Assembly: GCF_006345805.1 (NCBI RefSeq)
Contig: NC_043018.1
Coordinates: forward strand, 21,576,001 to 21,640,000
Length of the DNA: 64,000 nt
From: Octopus sinensis
Taxonomy: Eukaryota
Direction: 5' to 3'
Positions 61,246 to 64,000 of this stretch are shown here, piece after piece. The notes under the pieces were generated by a model that had not been told where the DNA came from, ran no database searches, and saw only the letters and a program-made list of their open reading frames with translations. Position numbers and translations under genes: made by a program. The stretch's first letter is position 1. The number at the start of each line of letters is the position of its first letter.

Positions 61246-62067
61246 TATCGGCTATTTCAGATATACTATATCTATATTTAGCACTACTTTATCCAATGCG
61301 CCATTCCTTGAAGAAAAGAGAAGAAAAAAAAAAGAAAAAAAGACAGTAGTTATTGCAATTTACAAGAGATTTAGCTGCTATTTCTACCAGGTCAAGTCAA
61401 GTGATCATGAATAGGGCACCTCGTTAATTTGTGATGGCTGATATCCAAATATGATAGAACATTTCTGTAATTGAAGAACACACTGAAGAACAGGAATCAT
61501 TAAGGAATACACAGAAGACCAGAAATGATTAGAATTCTGCAGTTCATGGAATAAAGCCCCGAGTTTTGTATTTATTTGTAAGAGTGGCTACCAATGTCCA
61601 AGGAAGATGTCAAAATGTATATCATCCCCATCATCATCATCGTTGTTTTATGTGTGTTTCATGCATGCATGGGTAGGTGGTTGACAGGAGCCAACCAGGT
61701 GGAAGACTACCCTAGGCTACTGTGTATGTTTTGGCAGAATTTTTACAGCTGGATGCCCTTCCTAACACCAACCACCCTGCAGAGTGGACTTAGTGCTTTT
61801 TATGTGACACCTTGTGTTGTATGTCCAGTACTCTATTTTTTTGTTGTTTAAGAAAAATGTCCATTTCCTTGGTTTTGTGTTTATGTTTTCGTTTCTCATT
61901 GTGTTCGACGTTTTTTGGTGTCCTGTACCCATATATGCATGTATATATACATGTAGAGGTAGGTACGTACATATATGTATGTATATATGCATATGTTTTA
62001 TTTATTAATTTGTTATTATATGACGGAATGCACGCATCCATTTCTAAGTAAGTTTGTTCTTAATATA

Positions 62068-62115
<48 letters not shown>

Positions 62116-62155
62116 ATATTAGAGAGAGAGAGAGAGAGATGTATGTGTGTGTGTG

Positions 62156-62188
<33 letters not shown>

Positions 62189-62232
62189 CATACATACAGA
62201 TATCTATCATATTGATAGTTAGATAGATAGGG

Positions 62233-62287
<55 letters not shown>

Positions 62288-63011
62288 CATGTGTGTGATT
62301 GTGTTTGTCATCCCTCCATCGCTTGACAACTATTGTTGATTTGTGTGTGTACCCTTAACTTAGCAAAGCAGACTGATGGCATAATTAACAGACTCAAAGA
62401 GAGAGAAAAGGTATTGGGATTGATTTGTTTGACTAAACCCTTGAAGGCAGTGCCCCAGCATGGCCGCACACTTATTGCTGGAACAAGTGAAAGGAAAAAG
62501 AAAACCACAGGAGAACATCAAAATACCGGCAGTGAATATGAACTCACAACTTGCAGATAAATGGTAGTAGGGGGCAGTGGAAATAGTAACCTAACCACCT
62601 TGGACAAAGTGCCCCTATGCAGAAGACAGATGGCTGGAAACCTATTGACAACAAGGGGGTTAGTGTAGTACATGTCAAGGGGACACTTATAAAGACCTTA
62701 CAGTTTATTGATCAGACGTTGATGGGAAGAAGAAGAGTGGACAGTATTCTTTCATTTCACACAAATATTTATTGATTTTCCTGTTGCAGCAGTTTAAACA
62801 AAAATAAATAAAACAAAACAAGTAAAATAAAATAAAATAAAACAAGACAAATAAAAATTTTAAAAAAAAACTAACAAAATTCTAATCTTCCTTCTTTTAC
62901 AAGAACTAATTATTCCATTTTCAATTTACTGGAAAACTTTCATTAACCAAACATTTTAAAAGCTATTCACTGAGACTATTATTATTATTATTATTATTAT
63001 CATCGTTATTA

Positions 63012-63215
63012 AGGCAGCGAGCTGGTAGAATCATTAACACACTAGCCAAAATGATTAGCGGTATTTCAACTATATTTATGTTCTGAGTTCAAATTCTGCT
63101 TAGGTTGACTTTGCCTTTCATCCTTTTGGGGTTGATAAATTAAGGCACTGGCGTCGATGTAAACGACTTGTTCCCTCCCCCAAAATTTGAGGCCTTGTGC
63201 CTCCAGTAGAAGGGA
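63012..63215 (+). mobile_element. SINE family D (alternative tail)
   Basis: GGCAGCGAGCTGGTAGAATC head, B box, Meta-like block. Confidence 0.75.
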
Positions 63216-63416
63216 TAATAATAATAATAATTATTATTATTATTATTATTACTTCTGCCTTAGTGAAGGTGGAGGTATTGTTTTTAGTTGTGTTTGTTTG
63301 TTTGTCCACTGTTTGGCACCTTGAGCAAGTGTCTTCTACTATAGCCTCAGGCCAACAAAAGCCTTGTGAGTGGATTTAGTAGACAGAAGCTGAAAGACGC
63401 CCACCATGTATATATA

Positions 63417-63724
63417 TCATCGTGATCACCGTGACCAACCAGGCTATCAGATGTTGCTACACATCGCTGGTCACAATGTGCTTCGCATTGTTTTAGCCTT
63501 CAAATGACGCCACCCCGCTGGCTAAGCGAGCAGGCCAACAGAAGAAAGAGTGAGAGAAAGTTGTGGTGAAAGAGTACAGCAGGGATCGCCACCACCCCCT
63601 GCCGGAGCCTCGTGGAGCTTTAGGTGTTTTCGCTCAATAAACACTCACAACGCCTGGTCTGGGAATTGAAACCGCAATCCTACGACCGCGCGCTGCCCTA
63701 ACCACTGGGCCATTGCGCCTCCAC
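63417..63724 (-). mobile_element. SINE family B (tail type 2) inserted after a SINE A fragment (63314-63403)
   Basis: Matches 36068-36377; ATGTATATATAT on both flanks. Confidence 0.85.
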
Positions 63725-63740
63725 ATGTATATATATATAT

Positions 63741-63945
63741 ATAAAATAAATCAAAAGAAAGAACAAACACAAAAAACAACAACACGAGGACGCGGCACAT
63801 GTAAAGTATTAGCAGATGCTTAGGGAAGGAAAGAAAGATGGTTTAACGTTTTGAGCAGATGCTCTTCTTCAGAAACAGAGGAAAGTCCAATAGAAAAGAA
63901 GATGGGGGAAGAAAATCGCCAACAATTCACATGTGGTTACATTTT

Positions 63946-63950
<5 letters not shown>
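63741..63950 (-). mobile_element. Penelope-like fragment with mutated minimal hammerhead (63841-63876)
   Basis: Minus strand GTTT-CTGAAGA-A-GAGC-ATCT-GCTC-aAAA-CG-TT-AAAC; lies between (TA)n and (GA)n. Confidence 0.55.
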
Positions 63951-63984
<34 letters not shown>

Positions 63985-64000
63985 TGTGTGTGTGTGTGTG

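Noticed and set aside
61014-61349. 111-aa Ser/Lys/Cys-rich ORF with SAPC repeats
   Set aside because: Derives from a degenerate 30-bp tandem repeat with a non-ATG start; no supporting splice or homology evidence.

Overview
Eukaryotic, AT-rich, repeat-dominated genomic DNA. The SINE, RTE, Penelope and Helitron complement and the extreme microsatellite density suggest a cephalopod (Octopus-like) genome; this is inference from pattern recognition, not a search. Almost all ORFs in the supplied track are translations of microsatellites or SINEs. The best host-gene evidence is one short minus-strand coding exon missed by the track (2963-2876, MAKQERSQMLEEFVQETGLDRRFAQNVLQ|G). It looks like the N-terminal UBA-like exon of an OTUD7A/B (Cezanne)-type deubiquitinase. 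Most of the window may therefore be the 5' intron or upstream region of that gene, with a possible last exon of a neighbouring gene at 60756. The rest is a layered archive of mobile DNA: about 25 copies or fragments of one tRNA-SINE, further modular SINE families that swap heads and tails, three RTE LINE families, Penelope-like fragments with minimal hammerhead motifs and inverted 5' ends, four non-autonomous Helitrons, TTAA-type MITEs, a Tc1 relic, a 2.1-kb long-TIR element and many minisatellites. There are no CRISPR arrays, rRNA genes or credible tRNA genes. I found no clear new gene system; the most interesting signals concern retroelement mechanism and a cluster of three RFX X-boxes.
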